DNA from: Candidatus Thalassarchaeaceae archaeon
GTDB lineage: Archaea; Thermoplasmatota; Poseidoniia; Poseidoniales; Thalassarchaeaceae
Reading direction: 5' to 3'
Assembly (NCBI GenBank): GCA_023700255.1
Contig: JAJPRD010000005.1
Span: forward strand, 2,077 to 66,076
DNA length: 64,000 nt
Both the position numbers and the translations under genes were made by a program. Shown in pieces: positions 16,964 to 28,400 of this stretch (position 1 is its first letter; every line of letters begins with the position of its first letter). A model generated the notes under the pieces. That model saw only the letters and a list, made by a program, of their open reading frames with translations, was not told the origin of the DNA and did no database searches.

Positions 16964-19120
16964 ATGACAATGCAAATACAAGATTCAAGTGCACGATGGA
17001 AAACTTTTCTCACTGCTGCCAAAGAAGATGAAATTCTTTTAATCCTATCAAAACAATCCTCAACTCCTGTTTTAAACACATCATTTCATGAATTACAATC
17101 TTTTGATTCTGAATTTGCGGATTGGGTATTAGAAAATCCTCGCACTATTCTTGATACTGGTTCAAAAGTACTTAATGATATTTGTATGGAAAGAGGGGGA
17201 TCATCTATTGATTGCTTGATTCGTATTGGGGAACTACCAGGCGATGCTTGTATCCCATTAAGAGAAATAGGCAGTGAATCAATTGGTAAATTTTGTAGTA
17301 TAGATGTAGTAGTAAACAAGGTTTCAGATATCAAACCTCGATTATATATGGCGACTTTTAAGTGTGAAACATGTGGTTTTGAATTAGATGTTGAACAAAA
17401 AGATGAGAGAGAATTGAAAGAGCCATTAAGATGCCCAGAAGTTAAAGGGGGATGTGGCTCTTTTGTACGTAAAGGAGAAACTACATTTATGTTGATGATG
17501 CAAGCATCTAGAATGGTAAATAATCAATTAATTGAGGTATCAGAACTTCCTGAAAACGTTCCAGGTGGGTCTCAACCAACAAGAGGAATACTATTTTTAG
17601 AAAGGGACCTTGTGTTGACTTTGACTCCCGGAGATAGAGTATCCGCAAATGTAATACCACAAGTTAGACCAGAATATAAGAGAAATAAAAAAACTCCAAT
17701 GTTTGAAATATACTACGATTTAGTTAGTGCAGAACAAGAATCAACTCCTTTCACTGAAATTATCATTGAAGATGAAGATAAAGAAAAAATAATAGAAATA
17801 TCTCAGAAAAAGGATTTATTGAATTATTTGTATAAATCAATCGCACCATCTATATTTGCTGCAAATGAGAAACTAGCATATGTTAAACGAACCCTTGCAT
17901 TACAATTATTCGGAGGAGTTTCTAGAATCAATGAAGACGGAACAAGGACAAGAGGCGATATCCACATTCTTTTGATGGGCGATCCTGGTGTTGCCAAATC
18001 TCAATTATTAAGATATATGTCTAATCTCTCTCCTAGGGGAAAATATGCATCAGGAGGAGGAGTTTCAGCAGCAGGACTTACTGCTGCAGCAATAAAAGAT
18101 GCATTTGGAGATGGAAGATTTGCACTTGAAGCAGGGATATTACCTTTATCAGATCAAGGGCTGGCAGCTATTGACGAATTTGATAAGATATCAGCCTCCG
18201 ATCAAGGATCTATGCATGAGGCAATGGAACAACAAAGTATCCATATAGCAAAAGGAGGATTAACTGCCAGACTTCCAACACGATGTGCCGTATTAGCCGC
18301 TGCTAACCCTACGGGTGGCCGGTTTAGTGATAGACATCCAAACGCATCGGTGATGTATTCCTTTGAAGAAACAGGACTACCTGCCCCATTAGCATCAAGG
18401 TTCGATGTCATATGGCTTTTAAGGGATGAAATTGTATTAGAAAACGATGAGCGAATCGCCGGTCACATACTAGCTACTCGTTCTAAAGGAGTTGCTGAAA
18501 CACAATTAGAAAGGGGTTTTGTTTCTGATAAATCCGACGATGATAGTGTTACTAGAGTCGGAGTAGATGGTGTTGAACATCTGACAACTTCATTTTTAAG
18601 AAAATATGTTGCATATGCAAAATTGAATTTCCATCCACAGTTGAATGATGGTGCAAAAGTAGTTTTACAAGAATTTTATAGAGATACTAGGCAAAACTTT
18701 GCCAAAGAAGATCAAGGAAGTCCAGCATCTCAAACACTCGTACCAATCACAGCAAGAGCACTTGAGGCCCTAAGCAGGCTTTCCGAGGCACATGCACGTA
18801 TGCATCTTAGAAATATAGCCACTGAAGACGATGCAAAGGTCGCTTTAGCAGTATTCAAACATTGGAGATCAGAGAATAATGTTAATGATGAAACAGCATT
18901 CCATTCCAAAGTTCCTCAGCAAAAAATGATTATTGATAGGGAAATAAGAAAAATTATCACAAGTATTTGTTATGAAAAAGGCCAAGCAATGATAGAAGAG
19001 ATTTATGATCAAGCAAATAAAAAAGGAATTACTCCAAATGCTGTTGATGATATAGTTGGAAAATTAAGACAAGGTGGAATTTTATTCAGCCCTAGTAATG
19101 ATGTATACTCTTTCGCCTGA
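16964..19120 (+). CDS. mcm: MCM replicative DNA helicase
   Basis: Zn motif CETCG...CPEVKGGCG, Walker A GDPGVAKSQ, Walker B AIDEFDK, Arg finger SRFD. Start chosen at ATG 16964, preceded by ggggagtga; the ORF opens at 16916. Confidence 0.95.
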   Translation: MTMQIQDSSARWKTFLTAAKEDEILLILSKQSSTPVLNTSFHELQSFDSEFADWVLENPRTILDTGSKVLNDICMERGGSSIDCLIRIGELPGDACIPLREIGSESIGKFCSIDVVVNKVSDIKPRLYMATFKCETCGFELDVEQKDERELKEPLRCPEVKGGCGSFVRKGETTFMLMMQASRMVNNQLIEVSELPENVPGGSQPTRGILFLERDLVLTLTPGDRVSANVIPQVRPEYKRNKKTPMFEIYYDLVSAEQESTPFTEIIIEDEDKEKIIEISQKKDLLNYLYKSIAPSIFAANEKLAYVKRTLALQLFGGVSRINEDGTRTRGDIHILLMGDPGVAKSQLLRYMSNLSPRGKYASGGGVSAAGLTAAAIKDAFGDGRFALEAGILPLSDQGLAAIDEFDKISASDQGSMHEAMEQQSIHIAKGGLTARLPTRCAVLAAANPTGGRFSDRHPNASVMYSFEETGLPAPLASRFDVIWLLRDEIVLENDERIAGHILATRSKGVAETQLERGFVSDKSDDDSVTRVGVDGVEHLTTSFLRKYVAYAKLNFHPQLNDGAKVVLQEFYRDTRQNFAKEDQGSPASQTLVPITARALEALSRLSEAHARMHLRNIATEDDAKVALAVFKHWRSENNVNDETAFHSKVPQQKMIIDREIRKIITSICYEKGQAMIEEIYDQANKKGITPNAVDDIVGKLRQGGILFSPSNDVYSFA

Positions 19121-19177
19121 TATCAACAACACATCCTAGTGATATATGAAAGGTAACCGTCTCCCGAAAGTGATAAT

Positions 19178-21229
19178 ATGGAGCCGATAGGAGAAGTTTC
19201 GGATCCTGAAAGTTTGAATCCTACGGCTTTAGGTTTCATGTGTGGCTTAGAAATCCATCAACAATTGGATACTGGAAAACTTCATTCGAGAATGCCAAGT
19301 GAATTATTTGATTTCAAATTTGAAGAAATACCAAAGAATTGGAACAGATTTGAAAGAAAATTGAGAGCAGCCAGAGGGGAAAGTGGAAAAATCGATGTTG
19401 CTGCAAGATTTGAACAACGCAGAAATAGATCATTTGTATATTTTCAGTCACCAAATGCAAGTCTAATAGAATTGGATGAAGCGCCGCCCGATATTCATGA
19501 TGAAAATGCAGTAGATATCGTTCTTACTATGTCTGCAATGATGAATGCAAAACCAATTAATTCACTACAAGCAATGCGTAAAACTGTAGTAGATGGTTCA
19601 AATACAAGTGGATTTCAAAGAACAACTCTTGTTGCAACTCATGGTATTCTAGATACTAAATCTGGAGATGTGGGCATAGATGTAGTATGCCTAGAAGAAG
19701 ACTCTGCTAGAAAACTAAATTCAGAAACAACTCCAGAGGGAGAAAAAGTATACTATACTCTAGATAGATTAGGAATACCACTTGTCGAAGTTGCAACCGC
19801 CCCTGATATTCAATCTCCTGAACATGCAAAGGAGACTGCAATTAGGTTGGGTTCTCTACTTAGAGATACACGAAGGGTTCGTAGAGGATTAGGATCAATT
19901 CGTCAAGACCTCAATGTAAGTATTGCATGTGGCGATAGAGTAGAAATTAAAGGCTGTCAAGATCTTGATTGGATTCCAAAAATAATTAGATTAGAAATGG
20001 CTCGTCAAATCCACATGTATAAATTAGCAAATCAATTACGTGTAGATGCAAATTTACCACTACTTCCCCCAGATAGGTCAAATGATAATATTCCAGTTGA
20101 AAATAGAGTGGCAGCATCTGCAAAATCTCGATTACCAATAAATATATTAGATGTAACTGAAATATTTTCAACTTCTGAATCAAGTATGATACAAAAATCA
20201 TTATCAAACAATGAATTAGTTTTAGCAGTTATTTTACCAGGTTTTGCTGGAAAATTGGGAGTAAATGCATTAGATTCCCAAGGATCTCAATTGCCACGTT
20301 TAGGTAGGGAATTAGCAAGTGCTGCTAAGTTAGCAGGTGTTGCAGGTATTTTTCACTCTGATGAATTGCCGGCATATGGAATTACAGAGCATGATAAAAA
20401 ATCCGTTATGGACAAACTTTCATTATCAAATTCTGATGCATTCATACTTTGTGTGGCTCCTGAATGGCAGGCAAATTTAGCCTTAGAATCAGTGATTAAT
20501 AGAGCTAGACTCGCATATCATAGAATAATCCAAGAAGTTAGAAATGTTGTTATTAAGAAAGGTCAACCAGATGATGGAACTACAACTGCAATGAGGCCTC
20601 TTCCGGGAGGGGCGCGAATGTATCCCGAAACCGATGTCCCTATTCTTCACATCACTCATGAAAGATGGCTTGCGATAGAACAAAATTTACCACTTAATCA
20701 AGAACAAAGATACTCACTTTTTTCAGAAGTAGAGATATCAGAAAATCAAATTGATGCATTGATAAGGGCCGAATTAGATGATATCTTTCTTTCAGGAATT
20801 TCTGGTAAGCTTAACAAATCTGTACCTCCTTTACCTTCAAAGGCATGGGCATCAGGACTTTTAGAAAATACTGAATCAATTTCAAATGAATCATTAGCAG
20901 CAGCCATACATCTTCGTGAAACAAATCTGTTAACTCGGGAGGGAGTTATGCCACTTAGTAAATTGGCAGATAAATCTAATATATCACATTCTGACTTAGT
21001 TTCATGGATGTCAAGTAAAATTAAAGATTTAGGATTTGAACCAGCGGACACAAGCTCTGTAGAAGGTGCTGTAGATGAGGCAATGGAAGAAATGAGGGGA
21101 ATGATTGAAGCAAAAGGCATGGGGGCAATCGGGCCATTAATGGGTATAGTTATGAAAAAATTGGGAGGTTCTGCTGATGGTAAGGTAGTAAACTCAATAC
21201 TACGGTCCAAAATTCAAAAATTTCAATAA
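19178..21229 (+). CDS. gatE: Glutamyl-tRNA(Gln) amidotransferase subunit E (archaeal GatE)
   Basis: GLEIHQQL, NRSFVYF, VVDGSNTSGFQRT, CLEEDSARK, RQDLNVSI and a C-terminal GatB/YqeY-like tail. Confidence 0.9.
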   Translation: MEPIGEVSDPESLNPTALGFMCGLEIHQQLDTGKLHSRMPSELFDFKFEEIPKNWNRFERKLRAARGESGKIDVAARFEQRRNRSFVYFQSPNASLIELDEAPPDIHDENAVDIVLTMSAMMNAKPINSLQAMRKTVVDGSNTSGFQRTTLVATHGILDTKSGDVGIDVVCLEEDSARKLNSETTPEGEKVYYTLDRLGIPLVEVATAPDIQSPEHAKETAIRLGSLLRDTRRVRRGLGSIRQDLNVSIACGDRVEIKGCQDLDWIPKIIRLEMARQIHMYKLANQLRVDANLPLLPPDRSNDNIPVENRVAASAKSRLPINILDVTEIFSTSESSMIQKSLSNNELVLAVILPGFAGKLGVNALDSQGSQLPRLGRELASAAKLAGVAGIFHSDELPAYGITEHDKKSVMDKLSLSNSDAFILCVAPEWQANLALESVINRARLAYHRIIQEVRNVVIKKGQPDDGTTTAMRPLPGGARMYPETDVPILHITHERWLAIEQNLPLNQEQRYSLFSEVEISENQIDALIRAELDDIFLSGISGKLNKSVPPLPSKAWASGLLENTESISNESLAAAIHLRETNLLTREGVMPLSKLADKSNISHSDLVSWMSSKIKDLGFEPADTSSVEGAVDEAMEEMRGMIEAKGMGAIGPLMGIVMKKLGGSADGKVVNSILRSKIQKFQ

Positions 21230-21288
21230 TATTTATGTTGCATTTTTTCAATAATGTTTAAGTTCCTTATTTCAGGCCATTCAGTTCC

Positions 21289-21921
21289 ATGAATCCATTA
21301 ATAACTTACGGCCTATCTTTCACACTAATCTCATTATTTATCTATACGACTGTAAACAAGGAAAATCTTGCAAAAGCCATTGGTACGTTTTCATTAGTAT
21401 TTCTAATAATTTCTTTTTCTTCTATGTCTACTGACTATTACAGATGGACGTCTGAATTCATTGATGAAGTTGACAATCCTCATTATGGACTTCCAGATTT
21501 GTGGGATGACAAACAGGCTGTTTGCTTTCATTTCCCTGCAGGATATGCACCGTCCGGTTTAGATGATGGTAGACATCATTTTGATTTTGATGGTACTGAT
21601 TTCAAGACAGATAAAGATTGGAACTCATCAGGTGCATGTGTTGGAGGATTTGAAGATTTTGATAATGGTTTGGAACTATTTAATGCTGCTGTAGAGGCCA
21701 CTGGAAGTACTTTTTCTTACAACTCAACTCAATTTTCATTTGGATTACAGATTGACAGTATTGCTGGAGTCTCACCATGTGCGGCATATACTTGTGCAGC
21801 AGATTTTTCATCTGGGGCATATTGGGAACTTTTGAATAATGGGGCATATTCAATGGTTGGAATTTCAGATCTTATCCTTGATCCTGATAGTGTGATAACA
21901 TGGCAAATCACGTCTTATTAA
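21289..21921 (+). CDS. Membrane-anchored DUF4430-like (transcobalamin-like fold) protein
   Basis: N-terminal TM helices. The C-terminus GAYWELLNNGAYSMVGISDLILDPDSVITWQ matches the characteristic DUF4430 ending. Confidence 0.5.
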   Translation: MNPLITYGLSFTLISLFIYTTVNKENLAKAIGTFSLVFLIISFSSMSTDYYRWTSEFIDEVDNPHYGLPDLWDDKQAVCFHFPAGYAPSGLDDGRHHFDFDGTDFKTDKDWNSSGACVGGFEDFDNGLELFNAAVEATGSTFSYNSTQFSFGLQIDSIAGVSPCAAYTCAADFSSGAYWELLNNGAYSMVGISDLILDPDSVITWQITSY

Positions 21922-21940
21922 TTAAATAATTAACACAAGC

Positions 21941-22636
21941 ATGAATAACATCCTAGGGGACGAGCAGGATGCGATTACCATGATTGATGCACATGCTATT
22001 AATTTAGGCCCCAATGGTATACTCTTTGTTAATGTAGCATTACTTACAATGATAGGTTGGGCTTTATGGAGGGCAGAGAAGAGTATTACTACTCAAAGTG
22101 AGATGATTACACTATTTCTCTTAGGTATATTTGCTATTTCAGGTAGAATATTACTCGACCCTATTCCCAATATTCAGCCAGTAACAGTTATTGTATTATT
22201 GGCCGGTATTCATTTTGGAGCCGCCAGGTCAATAATTTTAGCTACTTCAATTGCATTAATTTCTAATTTATATTTGGGCCATGGACTTTGGACAATCTAT
22301 CAAGCATTAGGCTGGTCCTTGATTGGCGTATTTGGTGCAATGATATCTAGTAAAATTTATTCAAATAATAAATTATCAGTGAATCCACTAATGGGAGTTG
22401 CAGCAGTATCTGGTTTTGTATTCGATTGGATAGTATCAATAAGCGCATTACATGTCTTAAGTCCAGATATTTTCTTCTTATACATCCTAAATGGAATTCC
22501 ATTTGACCTCTTACATGCAACAGGTAATATGTTCTTTGTCGCATGGTTTGCAGTACCTTTGAGTGAAATAATGACTAGAAATATAGCATTTAAACAACCA
22601 TCGGTGGTGGATAATTTTGCCAAGACCAGAGTATGA
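21941..22636 (+). CDS. Polytopic membrane protein, possibly an ECF-type S component
   Basis: About 6 TM helices. Placement directly after a DUF4430 gene is a common arrangement for ECF S components. The functional assignment is inference only. Confidence 0.4.
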   Translation: MNNILGDEQDAITMIDAHAINLGPNGILFVNVALLTMIGWALWRAEKSITTQSEMITLFLLGIFAISGRILLDPIPNIQPVTVIVLLAGIHFGAARSIILATSIALISNLYLGHGLWTIYQALGWSLIGVFGAMISSKIYSNNKLSVNPLMGVAAVSGFVFDWIVSISALHVLSPDIFFLYILNGIPFDLLHATGNMFFVAWFAVPLSEIMTRNIAFKQPSVVDNFAKTRV

Positions 22637-22643
22637 AACTACT

Positions 22644-22988
22644 ATGGTATTGGTCACTAGAAGTGATCTAAATTTATCTAAAGGAAAACTTGCTGCACAA
22701 TGTAGCCATGCTACTGCAGAGTGTGTTTTAAAAGCAAAAAGACAATCTCCAACAATCCTAGAAAAATATCTAAAAAGTGGTGCTAGAAAAATAGTCTGTT
22801 CAGCTCCTTCTTTGGATGCACTAAAAAGAATCTATGGCCAAGCAAAAGAGGCCGGACTTATTTGTTACATGGTAAACGATGCAGGGCATACTGAGATACC
22901 TGCTGGGACTACTACAGTAGTTGGTATTGGGCCAGGAATTCGTAGCTCAATTGATAAAATTACAAGCAGCTTACCTTTACTTAAGTGA
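22644..22988 (+). CDS. pth2: Peptidyl-tRNA hydrolase, archaeal type (Pth2)
   Basis: MVLVTRSDLNLSKGKLAAQCSHA...VNDAGHTEIPAGTTTVVGIGP. ATG 22644 is preferred to the TTG at 22617, which overlaps the upstream gene. Confidence 0.85.
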   Translation: MVLVTRSDLNLSKGKLAAQCSHATAECVLKAKRQSPTILEKYLKSGARKIVCSAPSLDALKRIYGQAKEAGLICYMVNDAGHTEIPAGTTTVVGIGPGIRSSIDKITSSLPLLK

Positions 22989-23033
22989 TATTTCTACACA
23001 ATAGTCATGAATAATGTTCATCTCTGAACTAAT

Positions 23034-23561
23034 ATGCCTCCACAGGTAGTACTGACTTCCGAGGCTCGGGAATCACTACTCTCACTGTGTCCAGCAGTAT
23101 CAAATTTAGTAGATTGGTTAGATTCAATTGATAGGCGCCCAGGACTTGATGAATTAGCAGAAAAACTGTCAATTATGAAGCCAAATATCAATGCCGTCAG
23201 CGAGTGTGTTGATTTTTCAGAAGAGGAATATCAGAGGCATGTGGTAAAGAAAAATGATTTTTATGAATTGGCGGCAATATGTTGGAAGCCGGGACAATAT
23301 ACTCCAATTCATGATCACATAGGAAGTGACTGTGCTTTCTTAGTAGTATCGGGAACTTCTACTGAGACAATTTATCAAATTAACTCCGAAGGACGCGCTT
23401 TTCCAATTTCTTCTAGAAATTATGCGGCTGGAGAGATTTGTTCAGCAGATGAGCCAGATATTCACCGAGTATCCAATGAAGGAGATGTTGGGTTAATTGA
23501 AATCCATGTTTATACTCCTCCTCTTGGAGATTACAATATTTATTCTCCTGCTGAAATATAA
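23034..23561 (+). CDS. Cysteine dioxygenase type I-like cupin
   Basis: CWKPGQYTPIHDHIGSDCAFLVVSG ... DIHRVSNEG (HxH...H cupin metal site). Confidence 0.65.
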   Translation: MPPQVVLTSEARESLLSLCPAVSNLVDWLDSIDRRPGLDELAEKLSIMKPNINAVSECVDFSEEEYQRHVVKKNDFYELAAICWKPGQYTPIHDHIGSDCAFLVVSGTSTETIYQINSEGRAFPISSRNYAAGEICSADEPDIHRVSNEGDVGLIEIHVYTPPLGDYNIYSPAEI

Positions 23562-23562
23562 T

Positions 23563-23979
23563 CTATAATGATAAATTATTCGCCTTTTCTATCCAATCTT
23601 GTTTTAGTATCCTATCAGGAGGAAATTCAATGGCATCATTGATTACTTTCATATTTATATCGTCCATTCTAGATATTTGTTCATATGTTTTTATCTCCAA
23701 AGCATTAAGCTTCTTCTCAACAAAACTATCTATTCCTTCAATTTTGGTTAAATCATCTTCTATTTCATCAAAATCTGTATGGCCTATTACTGCCCAATCT
23801 ATTTGGTTTATTCTAAGAGCTACTCTTTCTAATACTAATTCTTCTCTATCTATAAGACTCGCTTTTAATTTCAATTGAACCTCTGCATCTTCTCGTTCTG
23901 ACTTTTGAGATTGTGTTTCAAGTCCAACAACTTCTTCTTCCGAAGGCAAATCTTCTTCCGATAATTCTTCATCGGACAC
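23563..23979 (-). CDS. Hypothetical acidic protein with a C-terminal helix-hairpin-helix-like motif
   Basis: 138 aa. Acidic N-terminus; LTKIEGIDSFVEKKLNALEIKTYEQISRM resembles an HhH motif. Confidence 0.4.
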   Translation of the reverse strand: MSDEELSEEDLPSEEEVVGLETQSQKSEREDAEVQLKLKASLIDREELVLERVALRINQIDWAVIGHTDFDEIEDDLTKIEGIDSFVEKKLNALEIKTYEQISRMDDINMKVINDAIEFPPDRILKQDWIEKANNLSL

Positions 23980-24050
23980 GAACGTTGGTTAAATAGTTCA
24001 GATATAATATTTTCACCTATAAAAAAATAATACCAAATAAATTATTGATA

Positions 24051-25286
24051 TTAATTTACTTCTTCCATCATTTCTTCTAGTCTTGATAATCCTAAATCTA
24101 CGTTATCATATGACGGACCAAATGAAAAGCGAACCCATTGATCAAATTGTTGTTCTTTACGACCTGGTTGCGGATTAACATCAAAAAATGTTCCAGGGAC
24201 CGTCATTACTTGTTTATCTAAAGCCTTCCAGAAGAAATCAATCCCAGTATTATATCCTTCAGGCAAATCCTCTACACATGCCCAAATATAAAATGTCGAC
24301 TCACTTTCTAAACATCTAATTCCCATATTTGTTAATCTATCTACCATCATATTCTTTTTCTTCGAAAACATTACTCTCAATGCACTAGTTTCTTGATCTG
24401 CATAATCAGGTTCTAAAGCTCTTAATGCTAATCTTTGACTTACTCTACTGGGTCCTCCATCAATTGCACTTGCAGCACGGCCCAATGTTTCGATAATGTG
24501 AGAAGGTCCTAGTACCCATCCCATTCTCCATCCAGGATATCTAAACGACTTTGTCAATCCATCAATAACAAGAATTGGATCAGTTTCAGGATCATCTACA
24601 TATTCAGCACTAGAAACAGGCCCACAACCAGGGTTTCTTCCTTCATAGATGAAGTGAGAATAAAACTCATCCATTAACAAAACACAACCGGTTTCTCTAG
24701 CGGTTTCACAATATGATGCTAATTCACCTCCTTGAATTACATGCCCTGTAGGATTACATGGATTAGAAACTAAGTAACTATCTAAATTCTTGGCAACTTC
24801 TTTGAACTCACTAGAAGGTATTGAAAAATTATTCTCTTCAGTTGTTGAAATTAATACAGGTTCTAATCTTGGTGTTGCATAATCCATCATGTCTTGGTAA
24901 GCAGTATAGTCAGGAATTTGATATCCCATTTTACCTTGTACTGCACCAAAAATACGACTAAGCATTAATCTGCCACCTTGAGCGATTCCTACATTGGCTG
25001 CAGTATAGGGTTTTTTACCACGGCGAAAATATCTATTGTAATGATTAGCAACAGCCTCTCTCATCTCATCTGTTCCATTAATTGGGCCATAGGCTTGATC
25101 TTCAGGCTCAATTAATACGTTCCTTAGTCTGTCAGGAGCGCCCTCCATTTCTCCTATTTCAGGCTGACCTTGGCCCAAATTACACCAGTCAGGATTACCA
25201 TTCCAAAAACCTCTCTTCACTGCTTCAGAAACTACCCAAATAACACCCATATAAGGTACTTCTCGGAACGCGCCACTACTTGCCAT
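24051..25286 (-). CDS. Class I/II PLP-dependent aminotransferase
   Basis: NLGQGQPE, SNPCNPTG, DEFYSHF, and GLTKSFRYPGWRMGW (PLP lysine). Confidence 0.85.
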   Translation of the reverse strand: MASSGAFREVPYMGVIWVVSEAVKRGFWNGNPDWCNLGQGQPEIGEMEGAPDRLRNVLIEPEDQAYGPINGTDEMREAVANHYNRYFRRGKKPYTAANVGIAQGGRLMLSRIFGAVQGKMGYQIPDYTAYQDMMDYATPRLEPVLISTTEENNFSIPSSEFKEVAKNLDSYLVSNPCNPTGHVIQGGELASYCETARETGCVLLMDEFYSHFIYEGRNPGCGPVSSAEYVDDPETDPILVIDGLTKSFRYPGWRMGWVLGPSHIIETLGRAASAIDGGPSRVSQRLALRALEPDYADQETSALRVMFSKKKNMMVDRLTNMGIRCLESESTFYIWACVEDLPEGYNTGIDFFWKALDKQVMTVPGTFFDVNPQPGRKEQQFDQWVRFSFGPSYDNVDLGLSRLEEMMEEVN

Positions 25287-25452
25287 GGTTGTCGGTATTT
25301 CTGTATCATATCAATATTATTGATTCTTATTTGAGTTTAGATTAATGTTAGAGAATACAATGGATTAAATTGTAGTTTAAGTAATATATTTTTGAATTAA
25401 ATAATATAAATATCATCATAATAATAATATGCTTTCTGCCTTTAGGATTATC

Positions 25453-28400
25453 ATGAAAATCTCGCAAACCATTAAAATGTTAGTAACTATATCTTTGTGT
25501 TTAGTACTTCTTTTGGCTCCAATGTCTGGTTATAATGACAATTCAAATAATAATTTAGAAGAAATATCGGAGGAATATTACACCTTAGCATCTATGAATA
25601 TGCCAGGATTCCAATCAGGCTCAATTTATTCATATGATACTATCTCTATGTATCAAACAGGATGTGCAGTTTTAGCAAATGGAGAAATTGAATGTTGGGG
25701 AGATAGTTTCTTTGGTCAAGCAGGAGTTATTACAACGCCCGGTCAGGGACTTAGCACAAATAATCTTAATTTTCCTACAAATGTAAACTCTCTTCAAAAT
25801 AGCATGGGTCATTTTGTTGAGGTAGCAGCTGGCCAATTCTCTACTTGTGCATTGAATTCTATTGGTGAAGTATATTGTTGGGGCACTGAACTAGTTGGTC
25901 AATTAGGAAATGGAATCGAACCAACAACAGATTATACTAATTATTCAATTCATTCTCCTAGTTTAGTTCAATTACCCGATAACACGTCTGCAGTCTCTAT
26001 TTCTGCTAGTACAGGCAATAATCATAGATGTGCAATCTTAAATAATTCAGATACAGTTTGTTGGGGAGTAAACAACTGGGGACAACTGGGAGATGGAACT
26101 TCTTGCTATGTAACTGGAGGTGAAGGATATGAATTGCCTGGATATAACACCGGAATTTGCTCTGACTCACCTGAGGATGGAGATGACTCAGGAAAATTTA
26201 CTCCAGTAATTGTTCAATTTCCAGATAATAAAAGTGCAATCTCAATCTCAACCGGAAATCAATTTACCTGCGCTGTTATGACGGATAACTCTCTTTATTG
26301 TTGGGGTAAAAATGATGTACTTCAATTAGGGCAAGGAAATTCTAATACTGTTAATGGAATTCCTACACTAGTTTCACTACCAGGGGATCGAACAGTTGCT
26401 TCCGTTGCGGCTGGAGGAGATAGTACATGTGCATTATCTATGGATCATAATGTATATTGTTGGGGTGCGGGAGGAGATGGTCAACTTGGTGATGGTAGTA
26501 ATGATTCTAATTCTGTACCAGGGTTAGTTACATTAGAAGAAGGCGAAATCCCTACATCTATAACTGCCGGTAACGCATTCTATTGTATATTATTGGATAC
26601 AGGAGCCGCTAAATGCTGGGGAAGTAATTGGCATGGCGGACTGGGCGATGGTGGTGATTTAGATGAGGCTGGCAATGCAATCAACAAGCTATTACCCACA
26701 AATGTTTCAGGAAATCACTCATTCATAGGAATCGAAGCAGGTCTTCAAAATACATGTGCGATAAAAGCCAATGGTTCTGCATATTGCTGGGGAAATCCAT
26801 CTTATGGCTCTCTTGGTAATGGTATGTCAGGAATCACGGTACAGATAAATTATCCTGTAAGAGTAGGAGAAATGGCAAATTGGCTAACTACTTATGCGTC
26901 TGAACAGGATCCAGATGGCGATGGAATTCTTACTATCTTCGACTCAAATCCATATCCTTGTAATTCAGGCTATCAACAAATAGATAACGTATGCGTGGAA
27001 GTTTCTCCTGGATCGTATTCTATTAACGGTGTTGCTAATGTCTGTGATTATGGAACTTATCAACCCTTAGCAGGACAATCTTACTGTTTATTTGCATCTC
27101 CAGGTAATTACGTAAATAATACTAATTCTACCGAACAAATGCCTTGTGTTGCGGGAACTTATCAGAATAACTCAGGACAAATAAGTTGTATAGAAAACTC
27201 ACCCGGATATTATACAGATACTGAATCATCTGAAAATCAAGAGAAATGCCCAACAGGAACCTATCAGCCTAATTCAGGTAGTCAAGATTGTATTTTCACA
27301 GATGCTGGATACTTTACCAGTAATAGGAAATCAGTATCTCAAACACCATGTCCTGTTGGAACATATCAACCATTAACAGGCCAAAATAATTGTTTATCTG
27401 CTGATATTGGATATCATGTATCATCATCGGCCTCCATATCTCAAGATATTTGCGATGTTGGAACATATTCTGATACGTTAGGGCAAATAGAATGCAACAA
27501 TGCTTCTGCAGGAAACTATGTTCTAGATACTGGCCAAAGTTCTGAAATATCTTGTTCTTATGGAACATATCAACCAGGTACTGGCCAAACATCTTGTATT
27601 CCTGCATCTATTGGACATTATGTAGGACTTGAAGGTGCGAAGTTCCAAATTCCGTGTTCTGTAGGAACATATCAACCAGATACTGGTCAAACATCTTGTA
27701 TTCTAGCAACACCCGGTTCCGTCGTTACTGAGCAAGGGGCTACTGGACAATCATCTTGTCCAGAAGGATCTTATTCATCAGAAGAAGGACAAAATGAATG
27801 TACTCAAGCAGAACCTGGTACATTTGTAGATTCAATTGGTGCCACTGAACCAACTCCTTGCCCCTCAGGTCAGTTTCAAGAAATTGAAGGATCATTAAAT
27901 TGTGTAGAATCTCCTCCCGGATATTTCACAGAATCAGATGGTTCATCAGAAGCCTCACCATGTCAACCTGGAACTTATGCAGCAGAAGGGCAATCTTCCT
28001 GCGTAGATGCAGATCCGGGATTCTTTGTTGCTAGTGAAGCACAATCAAATCAAGAAATGTGCCTTCAAGGAACATTCCAGCCTGATTCAGGAGCATCATC
28101 ATGCCTCAAATCAACTCCTGGAAATTATGTTTCAAAATTTGCTCAATCCGAGCAAACACCCTGTGAACTAGGGACTTTCCAACCATCTCAAGAAAATACA
28201 GAATGCATACCCGCATACGCTGGCCAGCATGTTCCAGAACCGGGCAGTATGTCTCAAAGCCCTTGTCAAAGAGGAACCTACCAACCTGAAACAAGTCAAT
28301 CCGAATGTTTAGATGCAGACCCTGGAAACTTTGTTTCTTCATCAGCAGCTAGTTCACAATTCCCTTGTTCAATAGGTAAATATCAACCAGATGTAGGTCA

